The notes beneath the pieces are model-generated. The model saw only the letters and a list, made by a program, of their open reading frames with translations. It made no database searches and was not told the origin of the DNA. The translations under genes were made by a program, and so were the position numbers. Shown here piece after piece: positions 1 through 12,145 of a stretch of 64,000 nucleotides of DNA. Origin of the DNA: Felis catus (Eukaryota). Every line of letters starts with the position of its first letter. Within the stretch, counting starts at the first letter, position 1. Location: assembly GCF_018350175.1 (NCBI RefSeq), contig NC_058368.1, forward strand, positions 189,722,001 through 189,786,000, in the 5' to 3' direction.

Positions 1-92
1 ACTCTATCTCTTGATGGAAGGACAAGAAAATCACATGGCAAAGAGGAGTGCAATCTGAGATGGGAAGAATTTGCAGCCATTTACAACCTACC
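1..92 (-). mobile_element. MaLR (MLT1-type) LTR end, truncated by the window edge
   Basis: The reverse complement starts TGGTAGGTTGTAAATGGCTGCAAATTCTTCCC and contains CATCAAGAGATAGAGT, typical of old MLT1 LTR 5' ends. Confidence 0.6.
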
Positions 93-1049
93 AAACTGTA
101 AACATTTAAACAAGGATGTGAATTCATATTCTGAGTAGTCAGTGACTTAAATTACTAACCTCTCATCCTAGCCCTCTGTGGTTTGATTCCTCAAGGAAAG
201 CTTTTCCACCAAGTCTATAGAATAGTCCATGTTTTTGCTTTTCACAGAGCTCTCCTGTGCAGATCTCTTGTCCAAATGGGTTGGCTGAGACATTTCTATG
301 AAAATACTATATACATCAATGATTCCCAAAGAGAACAAGCATTCCCCTCACCCCTACCAAAACTCCACCCAGAGAGACTTACCAGACATGGTGGGGGGGG
401 GGGGCATATAATTTGAAAACACTCAAATAAATGACATAATTTTATAGTTAGAAAATGAAATATATACAGCTTTTTTTATAATACAAATTATAGAATGCAT
501 CACATTTCTAAAATGGAGGCATGGGTTTTAAAACTTGAGAAGTGCCAACCAGATACTAGAGAGATCCCAGTTTCCAGGTATTCCCTGAGCTCAGTAGAAG
601 CCATTTCTCTTCAAAAGAGACCCTGTGGTCATAGGGTCCAGTTAAAAAGAGAGCATCCCTGGAAAAGTCACAGGAATATTATTCTCCCGGCTGAATCCAC
701 CCTGTGGCTAGTTGGCACTTGGCAACCTGACAAGTGTTTTACATTCAAAAGGTCAGACTCTGAGTGAATCTGCCCAGAGACTCTGGTACCACTCACGCCT
801 GGATGCCCAGGCCCAGCGTCTGTCCCCTGCCCCTGCCATTCTGACAGCTCTGGAGGAAGGGACCCAGGTCCCTGGTTTGGGCTGTCAGCACAATGACGGC
901 AGCCCTTTTACTGAAGGTCAAGCTCTAATTCTCACTCCAGGGAGCTTTCCCTCTCTTTCTCTCTTTCAGCTTGTTTATCTTCATAATTGTTGGTATTTTT
1001 CTGCTACTTTACATTCTTCAAAACATTTTCCCTTTCACATTCTTATTTG

Positions 1050-1430
1050 ATTCTCTCTGCTAGAAAGGAGTATCAGAGTAAGTAGTTTCCCTTTTGTAAA
1101 AACAAACTGAGGCCTAGAGAGGCCAGGCAATTGAGGATTGGAAGAAAGTAGAAAGTGGTGATGAAGAACAAAGGCTCTGGAGTTAGAATCCTGCCAGTTA
1201 CTAACCAAGTGACCTTGGGCAAACTACATAAGCTCTCTCTGACTCAGTTTTTTTCTCATTTCATAAGGTTTTTCAAGAACAAATCATCATAAGTAAAATG
1301 CCTGGCATATAACAATAGCACCATAAGCCATCAGTATATTCCTATTATTTATAGTGCTTCTGTTGTCATATAGATAGTGAATGGCAAAGTGAGGACTAGA
1401 ACACACATCCATGGGCCTGATAGCCATACC
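1050..1430. mobile_element. MIR SINE fragments in both orientations
   Basis: MIR core AAACTGAGGCCTAGAGAGG on the minus strand, and GGCTCTGGAGTTAGA...GTGACCTTGGGCAA...CTCAGTTT on the plus strand. Confidence 0.65.
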
Positions 1431-1542
1431 ACCTGTCTCCGTCTTTCAATAAATAGAGTGGTGGTTCTGTTCTGCTTTCCCAAATAAGAAGTAAGCTATC
1501 TCATGAAGGAGTAGTCTAGAGGTCTCCTTTAAACCCATCTTT

Positions 1543-1579
1543 TTATTTATTTTTTTTAATAATTTTTTTAATGTTTATT

Positions 1580-1611
<32 letters not shown>

Positions 1612-1735
1612 CATGAGCAGAGGAGGAACAGAGAGTGAGAGAGAGGGAGACACAGAATCTGAAGCAGGATCCAGGTTCTGAGCTGTCAGCACAGAGCCCA
1701 ACACAGGGCTCAGACCCACAAACCACAAGATTATG
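1543..1735 (-). mobile_element. 5'-truncated CanSINE (SINEC_Fc-type)
   Basis: Poly(T), (GA)n and GACACAGAATCTGAAGCAGG..CTGAGCTGTCAGCACAGAGCCC; the tRNA head is missing; perfect TSD ACCCATCTTT at 1533-1542 / 1736-1745. Confidence 0.92.
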
Positions 1736-1757
1736 ACCCATCTTTAGAAAGTGTTTT

Positions 1758-1972
1758 GGGGGTACCTGGGTGGCTCAGTCGGTTAGGTGTTGGACTTCAG
1801 TTCAGGTCATGATCTCGTGGTTCGTGAGTTCGAGCCTCATGTTGGGCTCTGTGCTGACAGCTCAGAGCCTAGAGCCTGCTTCAGATTCTGTGTCTCCCTC
1901 TCTCTCTGCCCCTCTCCTGCTCACAATCTGTTTCTCTCTCTCTCAAAAATAAATAAACATTAAAAAATTAAA
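1758..1972 (+). mobile_element. CanSINE (SINEC_Fc-type)
   Basis: GGGG..CCTGGGTGGCTCAGTCGGTT A-box head, GTTCGAGCC B-box, (CT)n and AATAAA-containing tail. Confidence 0.95.
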
Positions 1973-2221
1973 AAGAACATATTTTCTTATAGTTTACTAA
2001 GACTTCAGAAAAGAATCCCAGCTCTACTGATAATCAAAGTTCTTGCTTCTAGCCAGAAGTTTCAAATTCTTCCCAATGAACCTTTTATCACATTCGCTTA
2101 AAAATCACTGAATTTTAATTGCTTGAGTTTTTTTTCCTCCTTCACCCCTGGGTGATTATTAATAAATATGTTGGTGAGCAGGAAAAGGTTATAAAATTGG
2201 CAAGAGAAAGAAGAAGGTAAA

Positions 2222-2224
2222 AAA

Positions 2225-2262
<38 letters not shown>
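2222..2262 (+). repeat. (AAAT)n microsatellite
   Basis: About 10 tandem AAAT units. Confidence 0.95.
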
Positions 2263-2263
<1 letters not shown>

Positions 2264-3330
2264 GAGTCACATTACCTGATAATCAGGTTGCCTTTCCCTG
2301 AATAACCCACAATTTGACTTTGCCCACCATAAAGAAAATTAGAAATGTGTAGTTACAGGATGCAAAAACAAGCAAATGAAAGCTTAGAAGCAGAAAAGAA
2401 TTAAATTTCAAATGTAATAGTGATGATATTAAAAAAAAAATCAAATGGGGAAAAAAATGAAGTGAGTCTGAATCCCCAGGAAATATATTAAACCATGGCT
2501 GTGAAAGACAAAGAGAATGGAAAGAGAGAGAAAAACAGCATAGAAATCTACCTTCATTACACTGTGTCCGACCAAAGAACAGTATAATGAATCTCCCACT
2601 ACCATTAAATTAAACACAAATTGCTTTTGTTTCTAATTAACATCTGCCTTGCCAAATGTGATGTGTGAAAGTCTCCTTTTTAATGTCTTTCCCATGCCAC
2701 AGAAATATTACAACCAGAATGAAAGCTTATGGATGTTTTTCAATAGCTTCCTCTAAAGTATAGGCCAAACCTTGTGGAAGGTATATGTGAGAGTCATTTG
2801 AATTCCAAATGCACTTATAAGGACCGGCTCTATTACAGTGCATAGCAAATGAATACATAATGAGGAGATATTCCAGACCAATTGTTCCAAATTATGCTTT
2901 AGATTATCTTCATTTCTCTTTTGAAAATATGTCTTGTTATTTTTAGCATAACATAAGAAACCCTTGACTTTTCTGGCATCAAATTTCACCCCCAGTTTCT
3001 ATAATTGCTCTTTCTTATGCTTTTACACACCAGCCTGACCTCATTGGACTTAGATTCTTGTCATTTCTCACAAACTCCTGCCATCCTTCAAAGTCCAGCT
3101 CAAACCTGCCCTCCTACCCTGCCCTCCTACCCTGTGTGAAACCTCCGCCAACACCCTCAGATAGAGTGAGGAATCCCTCCTCAGTGCTCCCAACACCTTA
3201 TGTCCATGCCTCTATTATTCTCCAGGTGGCCTTCAGCAAGAATTTTCTCTTGCAATATCTGAACTCACCAGGTAAGGGGTGTAACCACAGTGCCCATACA
3301 AATGGATTGTATTAATAATTGAGTAACAGA

Positions 3331-3436
3331 GTGGCACCTGCCTGGTTCAGTCAGGAGAGGATGTGACTCCTAATCTCAGGGTTGTGAATTCAAGCCCCAC
3401 ATTGGGTGTAGACATTACTTAAAAATAAAATCTTCT
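3331..3436 (+). mobile_element. Short, older CanSINE (tRNA-derived, no CT region)
   Basis: GGCACCTGCCTGGTTCAGTC...TTCAAGCCCCACATTGGGTGTAGA..TTACTTAAAAATAAAATCTT; outer TSD AATTGAG(T/C)AACAGA at 3317-3330 / 3675-3688. Confidence 0.88.
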
Positions 3437-3656
3437 GGGGCGCCTGGGTGGCTCAGTCGGTTAAGCATCCGACTTCAGCTCAGGTCACGATCTCATGGTC
3501 CGTGAGTTCGAGCCCCGCGTCGGGCTCTGGGCTGATGGCTCAGAGCCTGGAGCCTGCTTTGGATTCTGTGTCTCCCTCTCTCTCTGCCCCTCCCCTGTTC
3601 ATGCTCTGTCTCTCTCTGTCTCAAAAATAAATAAAGGTTAAAAAAAAATTTTAAAT
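3437..3656 (+). mobile_element. Young SINEC_Fc inserted in the tail of the short SINE
   Basis: Full-length and CpG-rich; TSD AAATAAAATCTTCT at 3423-3436 / 3657-3670. Confidence 0.96.
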
Positions 3657-4849
3657 AAATAAAATCTTCTTAGAAATTGAGCAACAGAGATCTATAGGAG
3701 CTAGCTTAAATTTAAAAGTGGGGGGAGGTGGGGCACAAGTGATAAGTATACATGGAAAGCACACAAAATCCAAGCCAAGATTCAGAAAGACAGATATAAG
3801 AAATGGAAAGCCATCTCTCATCCAAAAGTCACACTCTTCCCTATTCCATCACCGATTCACCCTTACATCTGCTTTGCACTACAGACTGACTTTTTCTGTT
3901 ATCAGATTACACAGCGAAAGAGGAGGATGGTAGTGGAGGGACTCGGTTCTACCACAATTTTTGCACCTACAGGGCAGAAGTGCAGCCATGCCAAAAGAAT
4001 CCCTTGTTGTCTCCTCTTTGGTCTCAATTTCAAATCCCAGGGAAGGAGTCAGAATGCCCAGTTTGAGTCGGGTATCCACGGCAGTTCAATTTACTAACTT
4101 CAGTTGGTCACAGCTATATGATTTAAACACAATTACTAGGGACAATGAAAAGGGGCAAAAGAGAAGAAAGAATCATTGTGAGCTAAGCAGACCGCCCAAA
4201 AGGTGACTCCTACACAGGTGTTTTGTTGAATAGAAGGGAGGGAAAGAAGGAGGAAGGGAGGAAGAGAGAGGAGGCAGGAGGGACAAATCCAAATACATTT
4301 GGAGGGCTTCCCTATATTGGTAAGAGTCAAACCAGAAGGTTAGGAATTTAGTGTCTTAATGTAGATACTTATGAAATCCAGTGACAGTGATATCATCGAT
4401 GTCCATATGCACGTGATGAGTATCCAGAAGTAAGTAGCCACTGATAGGGACTCTTAGCTTTAACACCATGTATGCCAATCAGAAGCAGGGATCTACAGCT
4501 TAGGAAAATAAAAAATTGGCGAAGAGTCCACTAAAGAGCCCAAAACCAAAAATCCATACATCTGTCAGTGGCATCTGCTCCAAGCAATGCAGGGTCTGTG
4601 GTCTTCACATTTAATACACATCAAATCTTAGTGGGAGGCAAAGGAGAAACCCATATCTATTCACACTGATGCATAAATGTGTGTTTGCAGCAGATAATTA
4701 GCTGCCCTTTGGACATCAGATTGTCAATAAGATTAAAGCCTTGGTATGACCAAGGCTTCCCAAAGTATGGTCTACATCAGAATCTCAAACAAGCAAACTG
4801 CAAATTTAGCTCTCAAGAAGCTTCTTGTGCACAGCATCACTACGCAGTA

Positions 4850-5037
4850 GTGGGGTAAGCAGCCTCTAAAATGACCCTCAGTAATACCCAAGCTACACCA
4901 TTTTGTAGCCACCCCACCCCCAACATTGTACCAGGTTTTGTCTATATGACCAATAGCATATAGCAGAAGTGACAGTATATCACTTCCAAGATTAGGTTAT
5001 AAAAAAATTGCAATTCCAGACTTGATCTCTTTCTCTC

Positions 5038-5077
<40 letters not shown>

Positions 5078-5439
5078 CCTTTATTTCTCCCTCTTCTTTT
5101 CCCTTTCCCTTTCCCTCTCCCTCTCTTTATCTTTCCTTAGACCACTCTTACTGGGGGAAATGAGCAGCCCTATGGAGAGAATCATGTGGTGAGAAACTGA
5201 AGCCTCCTGCCAACAGCCGCATGAATGAGCTTAGAAGTGGATAGTCCAGCTCCTCCAGAAACTGCAGCACCAGCTGACAGCTTGACTGCAACATCATAAG
5301 GGACTCTGAAATCAGAATCACTTAGCTCAGTCATTCCCAAATCCCTGAGCCTCAGAAACGATGTGAGATAATAATGTTCATTGTTTCGAGCTGCTATGTT
5401 TTGGGGTAACTTGTTATGCAGCAATAGATCATCAATACA
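4850..5439 (+). mobile_element. MaLR LTR, MLT1F-like, with an internal (CT)n/polypyrimidine tract (about 5027-5135)
   Basis: CAGCCTCTAAAATGACCC..., GCAGCCCTATGGAGAG..CATGTGGTGAGAAACTGAAGCCTCCTGCCAACAGC, and 3' end TTTTGGGGTAACTTGTTATGCAGCAATAGAT..AATACA. Confidence 0.8.
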
Positions 5440-5444
5440 GATAG

Positions 5445-5707
5445 TTAGTCTCTTTCCTGTGTGCCCTTCCTGTTCCTGATTACTGCTCCTCACATCAAGA
5501 GATGAAGTTTAGGGGCACCTGGGTGGCTCAGTTGGTTAAGTGCCTGACTTTGGCTCAGGTCATGATCTCACAGTCCATGAGTTCTGTCCCTGCATCGGGC
5601 TCTGTGCTGACAGTTCACAGCCTGGAGTCTGCTTCAGATTCTGTCTCTCTCTAATTCTGTCTCTCCCCTGCTGGTGCTCTGTCTCTCCCTCAAGAATAAA
5701 TTAAACA

Positions 5708-5760
<53 letters not shown>

Positions 5761-6179
5761 AGTTTATTTTTCCTCCACTTAAATCTGAGCTGGCCCTGGG
5801 ACTGATTTGAGCAATAGAAGGCTGCAGGAGTGACATTCTGGAATTTCCTAGCAGCTTCCACTTCCCACCACTTGGAACTCAGACACATGCAGTGAGCAAC
5901 CAAAGCCACATGGAACGGATATGTGGAGGAGAGCTGAGGTGCTCTGTTTGGCATTCCCAGTTGAGCTTCTAGTCAACAGCCAGCACTGACCGTGTACCAC
6001 GTCTTGGACATCCCACCCAATTGAGCCCTCCAGATGACTGCAGCACCCCCCCCCCAATGCCATGTGAAACAAAACTGTCCAGTCAACTGAAAGAATTGTG
6101 AAAAATAATAAATTGTTTTTGTTTTTTTAAGTTACTAATTTTAAGGGTAGTTTTTATGCAGCAATCGATAACCAGAACA
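5445..6179 (+). mobile_element. MaLR LTR, MLT1H/G-like, interrupted by a SINE
   Basis: CATCAAGAGATGAAGTTTATTT..CCTCCACTTAAATCTG..., GAGCCCTCCAGATGACTGCAGC, and 3' end TATGCAGCAATCGATAACCAGAACA. Confidence 0.75.
5512..5752 (+). mobile_element. CanSINE whose tail has become an (AG)n microsatellite
   Basis: GGGGCACCTGGGTGGCTCAG head; TSD AGAGATGAAGTTTA at 5498-5511 / 5753-5766. Confidence 0.94.
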
Positions 6180-6414
6180 TACTGTCTTAGGCTATTAAAT
6201 TTATTCTTTAATGACTGTATTCTGAGCATCAGTCCATAAGTGAAGTATAGATGTCTGTCCAGAGAACCTTTCTAGGCAAAGAATTCATGCCATGTAACAT
6301 AGTCCTGCACCTTGTATCTCCTTCACATATCTCATGATGTGAGTATCCACCAGAAGCCCACTTAGGCTTTTTACATTGGCTCTCTGGATTTCATTCCAGC
6401 TTCGAGTAACTACT

Positions 6415-6840
6415 TGAATAGCTACCACTTTCTGAGCGCTGCTAGGCCCTAGCACTCTCCTAACTACTTTTCTTAATTTATTAAATTATTATAGCAATTC
6501 TAAGAGCTAGGTCCTATTGTTAGCTCCATTCTCCAGATGGGGAAACTGGGACTCCAAGAGGTAAAGAGCTTGCCCACAAGCTCACACAGAAATAATACAC
6601 AGTGGAACCAGCAGTGAGATCTGGACAGTCCACCTCCATATCCACACTCCTAACCACTATCCTGTACCCCCATTCATTCTATGAGGTAAGGTAGATGCTT
6701 TTATTACCTCTATTTTAGGTACAAGGACCTGAGGCTTAAAGACAGTGAGTCCCTGCCACAAAGTTCACACAGTTAATAAAGGGAAAAGCTAGAAGGAAAA
6801 CTTCCTCTAACACCCATGTTCTTACGTATAACTGTGTTCT
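6415..6840 (-). mobile_element. Two tandem MIR elements
   Basis: Cores CCATTCTCCAGATGGGGAAACTGGGACTC..GAGGTAAAG..CTTGCCC and CTATTTTAGG..CCTGAGGCTTAAAGA. Confidence 0.7.
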
Positions 6841-8659
6841 GCGCTCTTACGTTTGGAGAATGTGCAGATTGTAGCAAGGTCTGGCCCAGTCACATAATCT
6901 CAACTCTTAGAGACTCTACTTTATCAGGTATTTTAAGAACAAGGTCAGTGAATCACGTATCTGCAGAGTAAACTCGGTAGCTCCTTAATCCTCCCTACCT
7001 TCCTTTTGGAGGAGATCCTCAGAACTTAGCAACATTCCCTTGAGTTCTTTAAATACTCTGAAAACAGCTGGCTCATTTTCAGGGACTCAGAAGAACTCAC
7101 CATATTTAGAAGTTCTGAGAGAAGAAAAAAAAAAAGAGCAAACTCACAGATCTGCAAGAGAGAAGTATTCCCTCTGTTACTACTCTCATCCTGAAAACGC
7201 TTTTGCACTCTTTTCATTTTAAATATGAACATCCTGAAACCCCTTTTGCTCTGCCTTTGTTTTAACTATGAACATCTCTATCCAGGAAATTTTCCACATC
7301 TACACCCTACAAATAGTGAGAAAATTAAAAGAAAACAAAATTTCCCCTACACTATTTCATCTGAGGTTCATAAGCTTCTTTTAATAGCTAAAGGTATTTT
7401 AACATACATAGCCTGATGATTTCTTGAGAATTTACTGCAGAACAATAATCTACTGAGATATTTCTGTGTCCATTTCTCCTTTGTCTATCAGGAAGGAATG
7501 AGTGGTATTTACCCCTCCCCAAAGGGCCTTTGTTCCAGGACCAAAAAGGAAAGCTGCTTGAGATGGGTGGAAGGGGGAAGGCCCTGATTACAACCCCAAA
7601 TCAGACTTGTAAGTCCTGGAGGCCTTGTTCAGGGTCAGGAGAGACAGGCTCTTTCTAACAGAGCTGTAAATACTCAGCCGGCTTCCCAGAGGAGATTTGG
7701 GAAAAACAGTCTTGAAGCAAGTAGTTTGCAACTAACTAGGTTGATCTAGAGTGGAGAGGAATAGTAGGTTACTTGGTCCTTTGATGCTTTGAGGGTAATC
7801 TGAGGTAAGACTCCTCAGGCCTGTGGGTGGAGGATAAGGAAGAGTTGACCCTCTCCATACCTAGGGCCTGTGAGGTACAGGACTGGCATGGCCTCAGGGA
7901 CCTCAGCAGCAATCTGTTCATCTTTGGGTGATACTTTAATAGAGGTCAATGCAAAGTATCTTGGGGAGCTCCACTAGATTTTAAAAGGTCCCGTATACAT
8001 GGTTTATAACTGCCATCTATATAAAGTTGAGGCTTCATGTTGCAAATAAAAACCAGTCAAGCTGTATTTGGTCAAAAATAAGATTTTTTTTATAGAATAA
8101 CAGGATGTTGGTTTCTTCTCTATCAGTCAGACTTCAATCAGATAACAGAACAACTATCAATATTATAGAATGGGAAATGTATTAGTATAGAAATGATATT
8201 TGCACAATTGTGGGAGTTGCTGGGGAAGAAAAGGTCTGAGAAGACCAACTAGAGGATCAGGAAAGTCACTACCTTCCCTGAAGCCTAGCCTGGGGGGACA
8301 AGCTGGAACAGTGGGAGGCAATGAGGGTACCATAAAGCATATGCCTACTAATGTCTACGTTGACATTGCCTATTATATCTCTTCTCCTCTTGTAAGGGTC
8401 CCACTTGTACCCATCGAAAGAATAGAAATGTACTCCAAAATTCTACCCTTTGGAGGAGTCATGACACCATGGCTTGCATTGGAGTGAAAAGGGTCCTCAT
8501 TCAAACTCCTCATTTTCATGCCTGTATGTACAAAGTGACTACACTATTTTATTTCTCTGCAGGAGTCCTTGTCTCACTCAGAATAGGTGTTCAAGTCTCA
8601 GCTTAATAGATTTTGACTTTATTGATTTCACAAAACTTCCAGAACAGTGAATGGGTGAG

Positions 8660-9200
8660 TGATGGTTTTGAAACATGTTTGCAGGTTCTCCCACAAAATG
8701 TGGAATCGAATTCAACCTCCCCTTGATTATGCACTGACCCCCGATAAGTGACCTCTTCAAAGGGACAGAGTGCAGCAGAAGTGATGCCATGAGACTTGGG
8801 AGGTTAAAAAATAAAAAGCAATATAACTTCTACTTGGCTTTTTCTCTCTCCTTAGAACACGTACCCCTGGGGCTCTGCACCATTGTGTATGAATTCCAAT
8901 TACCCTGAAGCCACCATGCTAGAGAGATTACACAGACCTTGCAGAGCTAGAAAGAGATGTCAGAGGAACCCTGGTTTATCCAGCCCCCAGCTGTTCAAGA
9001 TTCCTAGCCTAGGCAAGGAGTAGCTTTCAGATGCTTCCCCACTCCCGCTGCCAAGTTGCTCCGGCCCACACCAAGGAGAGCAGAAATGAGCTTTTTCCGC
9101 CATGCCCTGTTCAAAATACAGATGTGTGAGCAAAATAAATGTTGTTGAGAGGTAAGTCATAAGTTTTGAGGTGGTTTGTTATGTAGCCATTTTCACTGAA
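8660..9200 (+). mobile_element. MaLR LTR (MLT1H/I-like)
   Basis: GCAGCAGAAGTGATGCCATGAGACTT, TACCCTGAAGCCACCATGCT, and GTGAGCAAAATAAATG..AAGTTTTGAGGTGGTTTGTTATGTAGC. Confidence 0.75.
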
Positions 9201-10229
9201 AGAGGACGCAAAGCAATTTTCCAAATAAGCTATAGAGTTCTAACTTAGAATAGCATCAAGTAAGTAGAGCTGCCAAAGATAAAACTGCATATGTCCCAAT
9301 ACATCACTATGGAAGTGCATTCATCTGAGTCACTAATCTCTCCATCCAACAAATGTGTATGAACTGTCTGTGTGCTAAGGACTCAGCAGCAAAGACAGAA
9401 GTGGTCTCTGCCTTGATGGAGCTTTCAGACTAATGTGGATTAAAGAGACATTGAAGGAGTAATTTATGAGTGTCACAAAAGGGGAAGCCCAGGAAGCTCT
9501 GTCAGATAAGTCACATGTCTTTTCTGGAAACTTCTTGAGGATATTTTCCCATTAATTAGGAAGAATCCTTTAGATACTGGCAATGTTCCAGACATAGAGA
9601 GCAAAAGAAATCAATTTACAAGTTCAACAAATGCAGGCTACCTGTGTTACAAAGGTTTATGATGGCTGCTTTTGACTATGGCAATCAGCTGTCCTTTCTC
9701 TAAATCAAACATACATAAGCAAGATGTTGATTGTATGCTCTTTTCTGAGCCTACTTTGAAATTATTTATAATGATGAAACTCTAAGATCATCTTGTCTAA
9801 GAAACATTGCTATGCAGAGTGGCCATAGTTTGGTTGCAAATCGAAATCATGCACAAGATCTATATTAGAAGCTAAAAGCTTTCTCATCAGGCTTCTGATA
9901 ATGAAGTTTGCTAACCATTCTAGTGCATAAAGTAGAATTATGAAAACTGATTCAGTCTAATTATCAAAGGGTCGGAGTTTTTCCGCTATCCTCAAAATGT
10001 AGCCATTGAAGCGGCTTGGAAACTCGTTGTCCAGAATTTAAATTGCCTATTGCCAAGGCTCACTGACTGTTCCAGGAATGAACAAAAGTACTTAAAATCT
10101 CCGGACTGTTTGATTACAGGTACCTATCCGCCGTTTGCTCGGTCATGTACAACTGTGCAATTAAAACAAATGGTGGCACATAAAAGGCTGACTGAGGTAG
10201 ATTTAGCCTGTGGGCAGAGTGCCAGTCTG

Positions 10230-10690
10230 TTAGAAAGAAGTGCCAAGCATGGTGGGGAAAACAATGAACAGAAGATACAGAGGCCCCCATGCAACATACC
10301 CTCTTGGGGCTTACAGTCTAGTCGGGGAGAAAGACAAGTAAATGGCATCAATAGGACAGTGTATAACAGCAGTGTATAACTGCTTGCAAAGGAGCAGTTG
10401 AGTGTGGTGAGGGATGAGAGAAAGCTAACTAAGGAAGCAACCTCTAAGCTGAAGGTTGTATAGAAGTCAGCAAGGCCAAGGTGTGGAGGAAAGGAGAAGA
10501 ACGCATGGTTCAGGCTGAGTCAGGTACAAGCTATGACACTGGAAAGAATCAGAATGTCAGAGAAACTAAAAAAAAAATCAGAATGGTTGGAAGATTAGGA
10601 GACAAAATGGGGAGAGATAAGGCTGCACAAGTAGGGAAAAGGGCCGGCTGGGTCATGAAGGGCCTTGTAAGCCATTTTAAAGAGGTTCAA
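10230..10690 (-). mobile_element. L2 LINE fragment
   Basis: CCCTCTTGGGGCTTACAGTCTAGTCGGGGAGAAAGACA and GGGTCATGAAGGGCCTTGTAAGCCATTTTAAAGAG are typical of antisense L2 3' sequence. Confidence 0.65.
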
Positions 10691-11602
10691 CTTACTGTGC
10701 CTTAGATTTCATTCCTAACACGAAAAAGACAAGGTTAGCTAGCATCTCAGAATTGTTCTTTAAAAAGAGATTCACTTTTATGAGGATCTCTAAAGATCAA
10801 GTAAATGGAAGAATCTGTTCTTCTTTGGTCTTAGGTCAAGACTTCAGAGAACATGGAGTTTCCGTTCTCATGCTCACATTTTTGTCTTCCCAAGACTGGG
10901 AGCTATTTACTCCTTTACCTACTCAGGCCTGACCTCTCTCTGCCCAGCAGATTAGAGAGGGAGACTACAGAATGAAGTCTGAAAGATTGGAAAATATAAT
11001 TTTCCTTTCTTAAGAAGGAATCATGCAGCAAAAAGGATAAGGATTACTGTTTCAGACAAGCACAAGACTAAGTAAATACTGAGAGTTTAGAATTGTCAAA
11101 GATTTTACTTTTCGTGTGAGGAAGACTCCTGCATAGTACATTTATGCCTTTTATCTGGGTCTCAGAAAAATCATGTATCTTATGGTTTAGTACACAGCAC
11201 GTGTGAATACACTACTACCACTTGGTAATCAACCATTTTTACTGTAGGCAAAGTGATTACATACTTGTAAATTTACTCAGTTATGGAATGACCACCTCTC
11301 CTGAACGCTGCTTGGTGTGCAGAAAGGACCTGAGCCAAGTGCAGGATGCCTCTCTGTTTCAGTGCTAGACATTTAGTGTACCTGGCCAGCATGGTACTAA
11401 GGGGAAGAATATAAGAGATGAATTAAATACAAGCCACCGTCCATTGGAAGTCCAGGCACAGGCTTGATGACATGGGGCAGGCAGGTCTTCCAGAGCAAAT
11501 CAAAGTCTGAGTTCTGCAAAAACTTTACACTCTCCTGTTTCCTGGACCAACCAGAGTAAACTAACAATAAAGAAACCCCTTAACACTAAACATAAAGACA
11601 AG

Positions 11603-12145
11603 TGTATTAGTTCTCTACTGCTGCCATAACAAATTACCACAATTTAGTGTCTTAAAACAACACAAATTACCTTATAGTTCTAAAGATCAGAAGTCCAAAA
11701 TGAGTCTAATGGGCTGAAGCCAACGTGTCAAGAAAGCTGTGTTCCTTCTGGAGGCATTAGGAGAAGAACCATTCCTCTCCTTTTCCTGTTTCTAGAGGCT
11801 GCCTACATTCCTTGGCTCATGGCCCCCTTCTCATCACTCTGTCCTATTATCTCATCTCCTTTTCTGACTCTGCTGCCTCCCTCTTTCCCTTATAAAAATC
11901 TTTGGAATTACATTGGGCCCACCCAGATAATCCAGGATAATCTCCCCATTTCAAGATCCTTATCTTACATCCATGTTTTTCTTCTTCTTTTTTTTAACCT
12001 CAATATAAATATAAAAAGGTGGGGGAGGAAGATCTCTAACTTAATCACATCTCAAAATCCCTCCTGTCATGTAAAGCAATATAGTCACAAGCTCCAGGGA
12101 TTAGGACATGGACATCTTTAGAGGGCTATTATTCTGCCTGCCACA
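11603..12145 (-). mobile_element. Full-length solo MaLR LTR (MLT1C-like)
   Basis: Starts TGTATTAGTT..CTGCTGCCATAACAAATTACCAC and ends ATTATTCTGCCTGCCACA (TG...CA termini); 5-bp TSD ACAAG (11598-11602) / ACGAG (12146-12150). Confidence 0.88.

Noticed and set aside
3331..3436. tRNA genes at the short tRNA-like elements (also 27682 and 29254)
   Set aside because: They have A-rich tails, TSDs and degenerate stems, so they are tRNA-derived SINEs rather than tRNA genes.
4365..4429. Possible 65-nt plus-strand coding exon (AG..GTAAGT; ILMKSSDSDIIDVHMHVMSIQ)
   Set aside because: Poor polypyrimidine tract, unrecognised peptide and no supporting neighbouring exons.
10358..10384. Short direct duplications (CAGTGTATAAC x2; similar ones near 13640, 21010, 23583, 40249, 41822 and 42132)
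   Set aside because: Ordinary slippage micro-duplications with no further structure.
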